A stretch of 64,000 nucleotides of DNA from an uncultured Chloroflexia bacterium (GCA_963827155.1 CAWGZV010000002.1:2759294-2823293), one strand, 5' to 3'. Positions 40,674 to 49,435 are shown, numbered from the stretch's first letter. The notes: generated by a model not told the origin, from the sequence alone. Numbers and translations are program-made.

Positions 40674-41603
40674 ATGATCACGATTTTCAAAAACGAAGGC
40701 GCCGAGCTCCAGCGACTTCCCAGCCCAGTAGATGGTTCTTGGGTCAATGTTATCAATCCTACCCCCGAGGAAATTGCCCAAATCCATGCCTTGGGGATCC
40801 CACAAGATTATATTACCTATCCACTTGACCTCGATGAGCGCGCCCGAACGGAAAGAGAAGACGGCGAACTCTTGATTGTCCTTCGCATCCCCTTATACCA
40901 GGGCGAAGCATCCGATATTCCTTATACTACAATTCCTTTAGGCATAATTCTTACCCGCGAAATCATCATAACGGTAAGCAAGCTTGAAAACGAAATCATA
41001 CAAGAATTTACCATAAAACGGTTCAAAGATATCGCGACATCGAAACGGCTGCGATTCGTCCTGCGGCTGCTGCTAACTGCAGCGTCGAAATACCTAACTC
41101 ATTTGCGTGAGATTCAGAAGAGGGTAGACTTCCTCGAAGATGAGCTCCAACAATCGACCCGCAACAAAGAAGTGCTTGAGCTGCTGAAATACCAAAAAAG
41201 CCTGACGTACTTCACCACCGGCCTAAAATCTAATGAGCTGATGATGGAGCGACTGCGCCGGAGCCGGTTATTCGAGACGTATCCTGAAGATGAAGATTTG
41301 CTTGAAGATGTCCTGACGGAAAACCAGCAGGCGATTGAAATGACCAATATCACCAGCAATATTTTGAGCAGCATGATGGATGCTTTTGCCTCGATCATCT
41401 CCAACAACCTGAACAGCGTGATGAAATTCCTGGCATCGATCACGATTGTGATCAGCCTTCCGACCATGGTAGCAAGCTTCTTTGGCATGAATGTCCACCT
41501 GCCATTCGAAGTGTACCCTCAAGCTTTCTTCCTTATCGTCGTTCTAGCGTTTTTGGTCAGCTTGACTGCGGTCTATATTTTCTATAAACGGGACTGGTTT
41601 TAG
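40674..41603 (+). CDS. corA: CorA-family Mg2+/Co2+ transporter
   Basis: GMN motif (FFGMNVHLPF) between two C-terminal TM helices, with a long acidic cytoplasmic N-domain. SD AAAGGAG. Confidence 0.9.
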   Translation: MITIFKNEGAELQRLPSPVDGSWVNVINPTPEEIAQIHALGIPQDYITYPLDLDERARTEREDGELLIVLRIPLYQGEASDIPYTTIPLGIILTREIIITVSKLENEIIQEFTIKRFKDIATSKRLRFVLRLLLTAASKYLTHLREIQKRVDFLEDELQQSTRNKEVLELLKYQKSLTYFTTGLKSNELMMERLRRSRLFETYPEDEDLLEDVLTENQQAIEMTNITSNILSSMMDAFASIISNNLNSVMKFLASITIVISLPTMVASFFGMNVHLPFEVYPQAFFLIVVLAFLVSLTAVYIFYKRDWF

Positions 41604-42267
41604 ATACCTTGCTCTTCTCGACCTCGTGGAAATGAAAGCTTACGCGGTGTTCTGGGCACCTTCCTAATCTTTGAATTGCATCGCGATGGAACAAAGTGCC
41701 GTAGCCTTTATTCTCTGCGAATCCATATCCAGGATAAAGCTGATCAAGCGCCTCCATATATTTGTCACGGCAGGTCTTTGCCAAGATGGAGGCAGAAGCA
41801 ATACTCAAAGAACGGGCATCTCCTTTGATCAGCGGAGTTTGGGGGAGGGGAGAGTCTGGCAGATGCATGAAATCTACCAATAAGTGCTGGGGAGGGAGGC
41901 GAAGTTTACCGATAGCCCGATGGACGGCCAGCCTCACAGCCGGGACAATCCCCAGCTCGTCGATCTCAGCGTTGGCGGCCCATCCAACACCGTAGGCACT
42001 CAGCACACGCTTTAAGCGATCAGCCCAATAATCTCTTGCGCTTGGTGTCATTTGCTTCGAATCCCGAACGCCCATGAGCGTTTCAGTCAGCGAGAAATCG
42101 ACTGGTAAGATCGCCACTGCTGCAAAAACCGGCCCTGCCAACGCGCCTCTGCCAGCCTCGTCAACTCCCCCAATATATTTCAGCCCCTGCTCCCATAAGG
42201 CGCGTTCGAAGTCGAGATGAGGGCGGTCAGGGATCAAGTCAGGGTCAAATTTGTTTCGATTCGCCAT
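41557..42267 (-). CDS. rnhB: Ribonuclease HII
   Basis: VDEAGRGALAGPV catalytic motif, ..DSKQMT.., ..ASILAK... The 3' end overlaps the corA 3' end by 47 nt. Confidence 0.9.
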   Translation of the reverse strand: MANRNKFDPDLIPDRPHLDFERALWEQGLKYIGGVDEAGRGALAGPVFAAVAILPVDFSLTETLMGVRDSKQMTPSARDYWADRLKRVLSAYGVGWAANAEIDELGIVPAVRLAVHRAIGKLRLPPQHLLVDFMHLPDSPLPQTPLIKGDARSLSIASASILAKTCRDKYMEALDQLYPGYGFAENKGYGTLFHRDAIQRLGRCPEHRVSFHFHEVEKSKVSKTSPVYRKYRPQSS

Positions 42268-42310
42268 CGATATTGCTCAAAAAGATCATTTTATTTAATG
42301 ATCCTGCTGC

Positions 42311-43058
42311 TTAATTCCAATCGATTTTAGCTGGTAGGTCGTAAATCCCCTGCCGGTGGTTCCTTTGAATTTTTAATAGGTCTTGCGCCATCTGAACGGT
42401 ATCTCGGACGAGTGAGAGCTTACTCTCACGATTAAAATACCAGTTGATAGGCAGTTCGACAATCCGGTATTTGCGGAGCCTGGCGATATACAAAATTTCT
42501 ACATCGAAGGACCACCCGCTGAAGGTCAGAACTCGCGAACAAATCCTCGGCGACGTCACTCCGAAAACATTTGAAGCCGCATTGAGTATCATGCAGACCA
42601 GGAAGAGCGAGCATCCGGATCATCAAATTGATGGCTCGACCACCAAAGTGGCGGAATGCAGGCTCATTGTACCGATGAGCGCCAGGGGCTTCTCGTGACG
42701 CGATTGCAAGATCAAAATCGGTCAGCTTCGGCGGCAGAAATAGCGGAATTTCATCGACAGGCATGGAAAGATCCGCGTCACACATAAAGCGATATTTCCC
42801 CCTTGCCTCCCGCATTCCCAACTGAACCGCACGGCCTTTTCCTCTCTGCTCCGCATGGATCGCGCGGACAAATTGCTCTTTAATTGCGAATTCATTCGCG
42901 ATCTCAAGCGTATGGTCTGTGCTCCCATTTTCAACGATCAGCAGCTCGCTGGTGAAATCCTGAGCCTGGAGAAAATCACGGACTCGATCCAGGGTGGCTG
43001 GGAGCCTATTTTCCTCATTGTATGCTGGGATAACGATCGACAAGTATGGGAGCGTCAA
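42311..43058 (-). pseudogene. Family 2 glycosyltransferase (polyprenyl-phosphate hexosyltransferase-like), frameshifted as sequenced
   Basis: ORF 42432..43058 (LSIVIPAYNEE.., CDADL, QCGFKCF) continues as ..SRVLTFSGWSFDVEILYIA..ELPINW (ORF 42311..42592). One extra base at 42538..42539. Confidence 0.85.
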
Positions 43059-43080
43059 AAGGCATTCAACTCCTCGAGCA

Positions 43081-43902
43081 TCATGTACTGATCACGACTA
43101 CAAAAACCAGCGCCAGAAGGATAATAATATTAACGATCATCAAAAATCCTACAAGCAGCCATTGACGCCGAGTGAACGGCAGCATGCTTAATAGTCGTGG
43201 AACAAACTTAGGCTCTTCACGGCTTATGGTCTCGAGACGGGTCGGCTCGCGGGGAGGTTTGGGGGGAGGAGGTTCCTTTAATGAATATGCATCCCGAATA
43301 TCACCAATCGCGGTGAGGGGATCTTCTTCTTGATAAAACTCTTTCACCAGATTTTGGATTACATCGTTTTCCAGACCTACCGGTTCTGCGAGGACTGTAG
43401 CAATAAAACGAGCCAGTGCATCTATCAGCACAATCCGAGCTGCAGGACGGTTCGTTTCTGCATGCGCTCCCGGATTCGAGAAGAAGACAACCGTATCGAC
43501 TGGCGGCAAGGAAAAATCCTTCGAGGCAAGATAACCCATTAATACTGCAGCTTTTTCAACCACCTCGCTCATTGGGTTTGGCTTAATTATCTTCCACACA
43601 CCGGTTTTCTCATTCAGCTCTTCCCAAGAATTTTCTAAAACCTTAAACACCCCCTTAGCTTCGCTGGTCACGATCATCCAAATTCCGGTTGGACCGATTA
43701 AGATCAGAGGCAACGGCTCGTTAAGTCCTTCGAGATACACATCACTCAGGAGGACAAAACGATTATCGAGAACTTTCTTCAAGCTCTGGATAAAGATTTC
43801 GTCGGCGGCAGATTTCCGGCGGTCAGATTTCAATCGGAGAGAAACACTCTCGCCGGATTTATCCTCTGGATGATGGCTGGATCCGCACTCAAAAATTTTC
43901 AT
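43081..43902 (-). CDS. NERD-like domain protein with C-terminal membrane anchor
   Basis: Core ..PLILIGPTGIWMIVTSEAKGVF.. resembles the NERD (nuclease-related) motif. Pro-rich linker PPPPKPPREP. C-terminal TM WLLVGFLMIVNIIILLALVFVVVI. Confidence 0.55.
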   Translation of the reverse strand: MKIFECGSSHHPEDKSGESVSLRLKSDRRKSAADEIFIQSLKKVLDNRFVLLSDVYLEGLNEPLPLILIGPTGIWMIVTSEAKGVFKVLENSWEELNEKTGVWKIIKPNPMSEVVEKAAVLMGYLASKDFSLPPVDTVVFFSNPGAHAETNRPAARIVLIDALARFIATVLAEPVGLENDVIQNLVKEFYQEEDPLTAIGDIRDAYSLKEPPPPKPPREPTRLETISREEPKFVPRLLSMLPFTRRQWLLVGFLMIVNIIILLALVFVVVIST

Positions 43903-43907
43903 TCGAA

Positions 43908-44219
43908 TCAGATAACTGGGATGTTTTCGAGTTTATCCCGTCCAAAGGTCTTTTCACCGGTGGAAAGATATTCCAGATCTCCATTCGGAATTAATTGAAG
44001 CTTGTTTGTAATCTCGAAAGTGGAGGCTTTCAGCACAATTCGCTGACCGGCAAAAACGTGTTTTCCGGATTTTATTAGACCTACCAAAGTTGGGCGGTCT
44101 AATTTCACCCGGTCTGTATAGGTTTGACCGCGGCGCATGTATGCGCGCACCCATTTCACGTTTCCTTCAAGGTCATAGTGCACAGCTTCGACCACCCCAT
44201 CGATCTTATTCTTTGCCAT
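43908..44219 (-). CDS. Small hypothetical protein (DUF3892-like by eye)
   Basis: 103-aa ORF 5 nt upstream of the NERD-like gene. The pattern ..LIKSGKHVFAG..YLSTGEKTFGRDKLENIP.. recalls DUF3892. Low certainty. Confidence 0.45.
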   Translation of the reverse strand: MAKNKIDGVVEAVHYDLEGNVKWVRAYMRRGQTYTDRVKLDRPTLVGLIKSGKHVFAGQRIVLKASTFEITNKLQLIPNGDLEYLSTGEKTFGRDKLENIPVI

Positions 44220-44306
44220 TGGTCCCCTCCAGAATACTGCACCGGATTAAAGATGCGTAGTGCGCTTTTCTGTAAAAAAAATCGCCCTACGCAACGAATT
44301 TACCTG

Positions 44307-44380
44307 TCGGGGCGGGCGGACTCGAACCGCCGACCCCCGCGTCCCAAACGCGGTGCGCTACCGAACTGCGCTACACCCCG
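44307..44380 (-). tRNA. tRNA-Pro (anticodon UGG)
   Basis: CGGGGTG/CGCCCCG acceptor, anticodon arm CCGCG-TTTGGGA-CGCGG, T-arm GGCGG-TTCGAGT-CCGCC. Confidence 0.9.
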
Positions 44381-44390
44381 GATTATGTGA

Positions 44391-44419
44391 GTATAATGCG
44401 AAGTGCCGATTAAAGTCAA
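44391..44419 (-). promoter_or_regulatory. Promoter for tRNA-Pro (TTGACT-17-TTATAC)
   Basis: Minus strand -35 TTGACT (44419..44414), 17 nt, -10 TTATAC (44396..44391), 10 nt before the tRNA 5' end. It overlaps a plus-strand TATAAT (44392..44397) for the methyltransferase gene. Confidence 0.5.
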
Positions 44420-44434
44420 GGAAGACTTTTTGAG

Positions 44435-45166
44435 ATGTTCCCCGCCTTATATCACGCTCATCACAACAAGAACAATGAAGATATCCCTTTTTGGCTAAAC
44501 CTTGCCAGAGAGAGCCAAGGTGCAATCCTGGAATTAGGCGTTGGAACTGGCCGGATTTACGCTCCGCTGCTCATCACTGGAAAGATGGTCCTCGGACTCG
44601 ACAACGATATTCAAATGCTCAAGTACCTTGTGAACAACCTGCCGACTGAGCTCAGAAAGAAGCAGAGGGTTTTCCAGGGAGACCTCACTGCATTCCACCT
44701 CGCCTCTCACTTTGGTTTGATCCTGTTGGCATGCAACACCTACAGCACGTTGACACCAAACCAGCGGAAAACGACCCTTCGTTGTGTCGTGGATCACCTT
44801 CAGCCAGGTGGGGTTTTCGCAGTAAGCCTCCCGAATGGAGAATTCCTTAAGTCACTTCCACGTTACGGAGAAGCAGAAATCGAAGAGATTTTTCCGCACC
44901 CGTTGGACCATGAACCTGTTCAGGTGAGCAGCGAATGGATACTCGCCGAAGAGCAGTTCTCTTTATTCTGGCATTATGACCATCTGCTGCCTGATGGCGG
45001 CGTAGACCGGACGAGTGTTAAGGTGGTCCACCAATTAACTGAAACGAACGAGTTTTATGATGAATTCCGGGCTGCAGGATTCAAAGATGTGATGACTTTC
45101 GGGGATTTCGATCATTCTGCGCTAATAAGCTCATCCCCGATGGTGATTTTTCTGGCCAGTTTTTGA
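44435..45166 (+). CDS. Class I SAM-dependent methyltransferase
   Basis: Motif I ILELGVGTGRI, post-I acidic LGLDND. 243 aa. Confidence 0.8.
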   Translation: MFPALYHAHHNKNNEDIPFWLNLARESQGAILELGVGTGRIYAPLLITGKMVLGLDNDIQMLKYLVNNLPTELRKKQRVFQGDLTAFHLASHFGLILLACNTYSTLTPNQRKTTLRCVVDHLQPGGVFAVSLPNGEFLKSLPRYGEAEIEEIFPHPLDHEPVQVSSEWILAEEQFSLFWHYDHLLPDGGVDRTSVKVVHQLTETNEFYDEFRAAGFKDVMTFGDFDHSALISSSPMVIFLASF

Positions 45167-45187
45167 ATCCAGGAGGGAGATTTTGGA

Positions 45188-46288
45188 TCAATATCTTAAC
45201 TGCGCTCCAATTTTACCGAATTGATCGATAAACTGATCCGAGTGAAGGACCTCGACCTCACCTCCCATCCGCATCACCTGGCTTACTGCCATCTCAACCG
45301 CATCCGGAATTTTTTCGAATTTTCCGCCACAGAATGGACAGCTCCCTAAAGGCTGTGAAGTTAGATACCCACAGCTCATGCAGCGCATTCCCGGCTCGCG
45401 ATACCCTTCAAGGATTATCAGAGTCTGGATACGCCCTTGACGCAGGGCATCCATTGTATCCTGCAACCCAATAACCCCTCCCCGTCCCTTGGCGGTATTT
45501 GTAACCACCATTTTGACCAAGTTGTTCTCTCTCTGTTTTTCCGCTTCTTCTCCAATTTCCATGGCTTTTGCGAGAACTTCGTTTTCGCTCGCAAGCATAC
45601 TGATGGGGAAAGAGCCGACAACCAGGCTCTGCCAGGATTTTGGCAGTAATCCCCGGAACATCGCAACGTTGTCATCCGTTCCACCAATGACAATTCTACG
45701 GACTTTTTTTTCGAAGAAGAACCGGGTAACGGTGTCAACCACTTCTCGCATATTCCTTTCAGTGAGCTCTTCAATATATTCGGTTTGCCCAGCGCTGCCG
45801 CCGCGTCTCCCCACTTCTTGCGATCCGCCACCGCGTTTCGTTCTATGTACGCTCTCCCCAAGAATGCCTTGCTGTTCCTGAAGTTCGCCGAGATGGAAAT
45901 GAAACAGCCGACCGCCTTGTTTGTCGACCAGGACAACTCCGTAGCCGCCGAATGAATCGATAAGATCGGCAAGAGGCTTGACATACGGGCGGTCACCCAC
46001 TCTAACCCGGCTTCGGATTGGAATTGCCAGCGGAAAAGCCCGAAAATAGTCCTGCTGAGGACATGAGAAAATCACCACACTCCTTCCAGACCAATCGTGC
46101 TCATGATCAATAAATTGGGTCACCGGATCGCCTTCTTCAGTCAATGCGGCTTCCTTCAGCATGCTGCGCAAACGAAGACGGTGGAACTCAGGAGTGCCCT
46201 CAACAGGATCGGTATTAAGATACACACTGAGGACTGGGTGTTCAGGTTGAAAATGCAATAACTCGTGCATATTTTGATCCGTAATCAT
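45188..46288 (-). CDS. Vms1/ANKZF1-like (VLRF1-type, bacterial eRF1-fold) putative peptidyl-tRNA hydrolase with C-terminal zinc ribbon
   Basis: N-terminus ..HPVLSVYLNTDP.. typical of bacterial aeRF1-like families. Candidate catalytic loop HRTKRGGGSQ (Gln codon at 45818..45820). C-terminal CMSC..CPFC zinc ribbon. SD GAGGAGG. Confidence 0.65.
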   Translation of the reverse strand: MITDQNMHELLHFQPEHPVLSVYLNTDPVEGTPEFHRLRLRSMLKEAALTEEGDPVTQFIDHEHDWSGRSVVIFSCPQQDYFRAFPLAIPIRSRVRVGDRPYVKPLADLIDSFGGYGVVLVDKQGGRLFHFHLGELQEQQGILGESVHRTKRGGGSQEVGRRGGSAGQTEYIEELTERNMREVVDTVTRFFFEKKVRRIVIGGTDDNVAMFRGLLPKSWQSLVVGSFPISMLASENEVLAKAMEIGEEAEKQRENNLVKMVVTNTAKGRGGVIGLQDTMDALRQGRIQTLIILEGYREPGMRCMSCGYLTSQPLGSCPFCGGKFEKIPDAVEMAVSQVMRMGGEVEVLHSDQFIDQFGKIGAQLRY

Positions 46289-46463
46289 TCAATCCTCCTC
46301 ATATAAGATGTGAAAATGATGGCCCCCAGATGATTATAACGTAATCCTATTGTATCTATTTCAAGCTCTCAAAGTCAAGCATCCAGAGCAAGTTTCACAA
46401 ATCTTTAAGCCCAAATTATTAAAACCACCATGGGGCATTGATCCTCCACTTTTAGATATACCA

Positions 46464-46472
46464 TGCTATCAT
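46464..46472 (+). promoter_or_regulatory. Extended -10 TGCTATCAT, 7 nt upstream of ATG 46480 (leaderless candidate)
   Basis: TGCTATCAT-ttatcgc-ATG. No SD. Confidence 0.4.
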
Positions 46473-46479
46473 TTATCGC

Positions 46480-47652
46480 ATGAAACCATCGAGGGACCGG
46501 GTTTTGCTGGTGGAAAGTGAACCTGAAATCAGCGATTTGATTGCGAGACAGGCTCTTCTCCCGATGGGTTATCAGGTCCACTGCGTGTCGACTGCTTCTG
46601 AAGCGCTCCAAGAAATCAACCATTACTCGCCAGATGTCATCCTGACGAGCCTGAGCATATCCGATCTGAGCGGGAAAGATTTACTGGTGGCGCTTTCATC
46701 ACAGGATATCGAAGCACCGGTGATTGTGATTGCCCGTAAAGGTATGGAAGGAGATCTCGTGCAGGCATTTCGGTTGGGAGCGCACGATTATCTGCTCTGG
46801 CCTGTACGGGAAGCTGAGGTGATATCTGCAGTTGAGCGGGCGCTGAAACAGGTGCGGGCGCAAAGAGATCGCGAGACCTTAGCTCGCCAGCTTAAGCAGA
46901 CCAACCACGAGCTTCAGCAGCGCGTTCGGGAGCTCACCACGATATTTGCTATGGGCAAAGCTGTTACCTCAATCACCCATCAGCCAGAACTGTTCGAAAA
47001 AATCGTGGAGGGGGCTGTATACGTGACTGAAGCAAACGCAGGCTGGCTTCTCTTGCGGGAAGACAGCAGCCATGAATATTACCTCGCTGCTCAGAGAAAC
47101 CTTCCGAAGACGCTGGCAAGCAAACTGAACCAACCCTGGGATGATGGTATAAGTTCGATGGCTGCGATTTCGGGCGAAACGCTTTCGATATCTGGTGAAC
47201 CTTTTGAAAGATTTAAGATCTCTCGGCTGGGAAAATCCGCGCTGGTTGTTCCCATCAAACCAAAGAAAGAAGTCGCCGGTCTGCTGGTTGTCATAAGAAA
47301 AACTGCAAATCCTTTCAGCACAAGTAATCGGACGCTGCTCGAGGCAGTAGCCGACTATGCCTCGATCTCGCTTGTGAATGCAAGCCTCTTCCGCTCACTG
47401 GAGGAACGCGCAAGAGAATTGGAGCAGGAAGCCGATTACACGCTGGAAAGCGACCGTGAAAAGGCCAAAGAGCTAGAAAACTGCATCAAGAAAATTAAAC
47501 CCAGGCTTGAAAAATCTTTAAAATCGATCGATGTTATGATGATGAATGAAGAACAGCGTTTACAAAGCTCTCATAGAGCGGTACTGCGTTCGGTGTCCAC
47601 ACATCTGCGAGATGTTATGGACAGCATAGACTGTGTTCAGATAATTCACTGA
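46480..47652 (+). CDS. Pseudo-receiver (REC-like) / coiled-coil / GAF domain regulator
   Basis: The REC fold is recognisable, but CheY D13, D57, T87 and K109 equivalents read S, S, A and W (LLVESEP; VILTSLS; VIVIARK; YLLWP). Followed by coiled coil and GAF (..AGWLLLRED..VVPIKPKKEVAGLLVV..). Confidence 0.75.
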   Translation: MKPSRDRVLLVESEPEISDLIARQALLPMGYQVHCVSTASEALQEINHYSPDVILTSLSISDLSGKDLLVALSSQDIEAPVIVIARKGMEGDLVQAFRLGAHDYLLWPVREAEVISAVERALKQVRAQRDRETLARQLKQTNHELQQRVRELTTIFAMGKAVTSITHQPELFEKIVEGAVYVTEANAGWLLLREDSSHEYYLAAQRNLPKTLASKLNQPWDDGISSMAAISGETLSISGEPFERFKISRLGKSALVVPIKPKKEVAGLLVVIRKTANPFSTSNRTLLEAVADYASISLVNASLFRSLEERARELEQEADYTLESDREKAKELENCIKKIKPRLEKSLKSIDVMMMNEEQRLQSSHRAVLRSVSTHLRDVMDSIDCVQIIH

Positions 47653-47698
47653 CAAAGATTATTCATGTGGGGATCGGCTACAAGCCTGGTCAGTAAGC

Positions 47699-49217
47699 AT
47701 GCGTGACAAGAAAATTGATATGGCAAACGGACTTGGGATGATTGAACGGATTGGTCGACAGGTGACTTCTAGCCTTGATCTAGACTGTGTGCTTGTGACG
47801 ATTGTCGATGCCATCGTGGAACTGACGGGAGCGGAAGAAGGAAAACTATTTCTTGTTGACGAGACCAGCGGCGAACTTTTTATCCGCGCCAGACGGAATT
47901 TTAAAGAGGACTATGTAAGAACATCCCACCTCAGGGTCCAGGACTCCCTGGTAGAAAAAGTGTTAATAACCGGTAAACCCTGCACCTTTGACTCGCAAAA
48001 CCCGAAGGAAATTGGAACCTCGGACCTCATTCATTCTCAGGTATACATGCCGATCAACTCCAAAGGGCGGGTGATGGGTGTCTTAGGAGCAGACAACCTT
48101 CCGAGCGGAAAGCCGCTCGCTGATAACGACGTGTTAATGCTAGCTGCTCTGGCAGACTATGCTGCAATTGGGGTAGAAAACGCACGTCTGTATGCTCATT
48201 CCGAAGCGGAACGAGACAAGCTCACAGCAATTCTTAAGGGAATAGAAGATGGAGTAGTGGTAATCGATAACGATGATCGACTTGTCTTGATAAACAGAAA
48301 GGCGATTGAAACCCTCGAAATTCAAGAAAAGAATCTGAATTGGAACCAGATTCCGCGAGCTGGTTCGGCATCCAGAACTCCAGGAAGTTCTGCAGCGTGA
48401 TTCTTTGGTCTCCCCAACCCGGCTCGAGATCGCACTCAATAATGGACGAGTAATGAATACCCAGATCTCACCGATTGAAGGGGTTGGGAATGTGGTCATC
48501 ATGCAAGACATTACCCATCTCAAGGAACTTGAACGGATTAAATCCGATTTTGTCAATACCGTATCGCACGATCTTCGCTCTCCATTGACGGCGATCTTAG
48601 GGTATATCGAGCTGATCGATCGGGTTGGACCGGTTAACAGTCAGCAGAAGGAATTTATCCAACGTGTCCAATCCAGCGTCCACAGCATCACAGCGCTGAT
48701 CAACGATCTGCTGGATTTAGGCCGAATCGAAGCTGGGTTCGATATCCAAAAAGATATCATTTCACTGGATTCGATTATCCATTATTCAATTGACAGTCTG
48801 AAGGGACGGACATTATCTAAAGGACAGCAATTAGAGATTATGATCAGCAACCCCCTTCCGCACTTATTGGGAAATCCAATCCGTCTGCGCCAGATGGTCA
48901 CAAATCTGCTAGCAAATGCAATCAAATATACCGAAACTGGCGGCTTGCTGAAAATTTCAGCACATGCGGAGGCCGGGCAGATAATCCTGCAGATATCTGA
49001 TAACGGGCCAGGGATACCGGATGTTGATCTACCTTTTATCTTCGATAAATTCTATCGGGCGAGCAACGTCCCCGAAAACACGTCTGGATCTGGTTTAGGA
49101 CTAGCAATTGTCAAGTCGATAGTGGAGAACCACAATGGTCGGATCTGGGTTGATTCAGCAATAGGACATGGGACAACTTTCACTGTGGTTCTGCCTACGG
49201 TCGACAAAAAAATGTGA
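47699..49217 (+). pseudogene. GAF-PAS sensor histidine kinase, frameshifted as sequenced
   Basis: ORF 47699..48400 (GAF, start of PAS) and ORF 48405..49217 (H-box SHDLRSPL, N-box LLANAIKYT, DNGPGI, GSGLGLAI). Frames rejoin (..EKNL|IGTRFRELVRHPELQEVL..) by removing one A at 48338..48339. Confidence 0.88.
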
Positions 49218-49260
49218 TCCAGAAAAATTATTCCTTCCCAATAATTTAAAATTAAAGACA

Positions 49261-49299
49261 AGCCCCTGCCGGTGTGGTGAGGAACGCCTGGCAGGGGCT
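49261..49299 (+). terminator. Hairpin terminator after the histidine kinase gene
   Basis: 10-bp GC-rich stem agcccctgcc/ggcaggggct with a 19-nt loop. Short T tract. Confidence 0.5.
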
Positions 49300-49321
49300 T
49301 TCGCCAAAGGAGGAAACAGCG

Positions 49322-49414
49322 ATGAGCAACTTTTGTTTGAAACCCCAACTATGTGCTGCGCATATAATACCGGAATTTCCAATCTCCAGTCACTGCCAAA
49401 AATCACAACATTAA
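49322..49414 (+). CDS. Candidate 30-codon small ORF (MSNFCLKPQLCAAHIIPEFPISSHCQKSQH)
   Basis: ATG preceded by AAAGGAGG at 8-nt spacing, just downstream of the terminator hairpin. Three Cys. No homology evidence. Confidence 0.25.
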   Translation: MSNFCLKPQLCAAHIIPEFPISSHCQKSQH

Positions 49415-49435
49415 CGTGATTTTATTCGCTTCTTT

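Noticed and set aside
41557-41603. The 47-nt tail-to-tail overlap of corA and rnhB as a regulatory antisense arrangement
   Set aside because: The RNase HII C-terminal ~25 residues past the conserved ..HRVSF motif look like unconserved read-through. Given the indel rate in this sequence, the overlap may be an artefact. There is no independent evidence for function.
42311-44380. Genomic island integrated at tRNA-Pro
   Set aside because: I found no integrase or recombinase, and no direct repeat of the tRNA 3' end downstream. The neighbouring genes (rnhB, GT2) are housekeeping-like.
3445-49217. Interpreting the many split genes as genuine pseudogenes or reductive evolution
   Set aside because: Essential genes are hit (mrdA, sdhA, icd, the qcr genes). 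Each break is a single +/-1 event, usually in a 2-6 nt homopolymer. Flanking frames are otherwise intact, one gene carries a compensating pair 30 nt apart, and a tRNA loop is affected too. Sequencing error is the simpler explanation, though I cannot prove it without reads.
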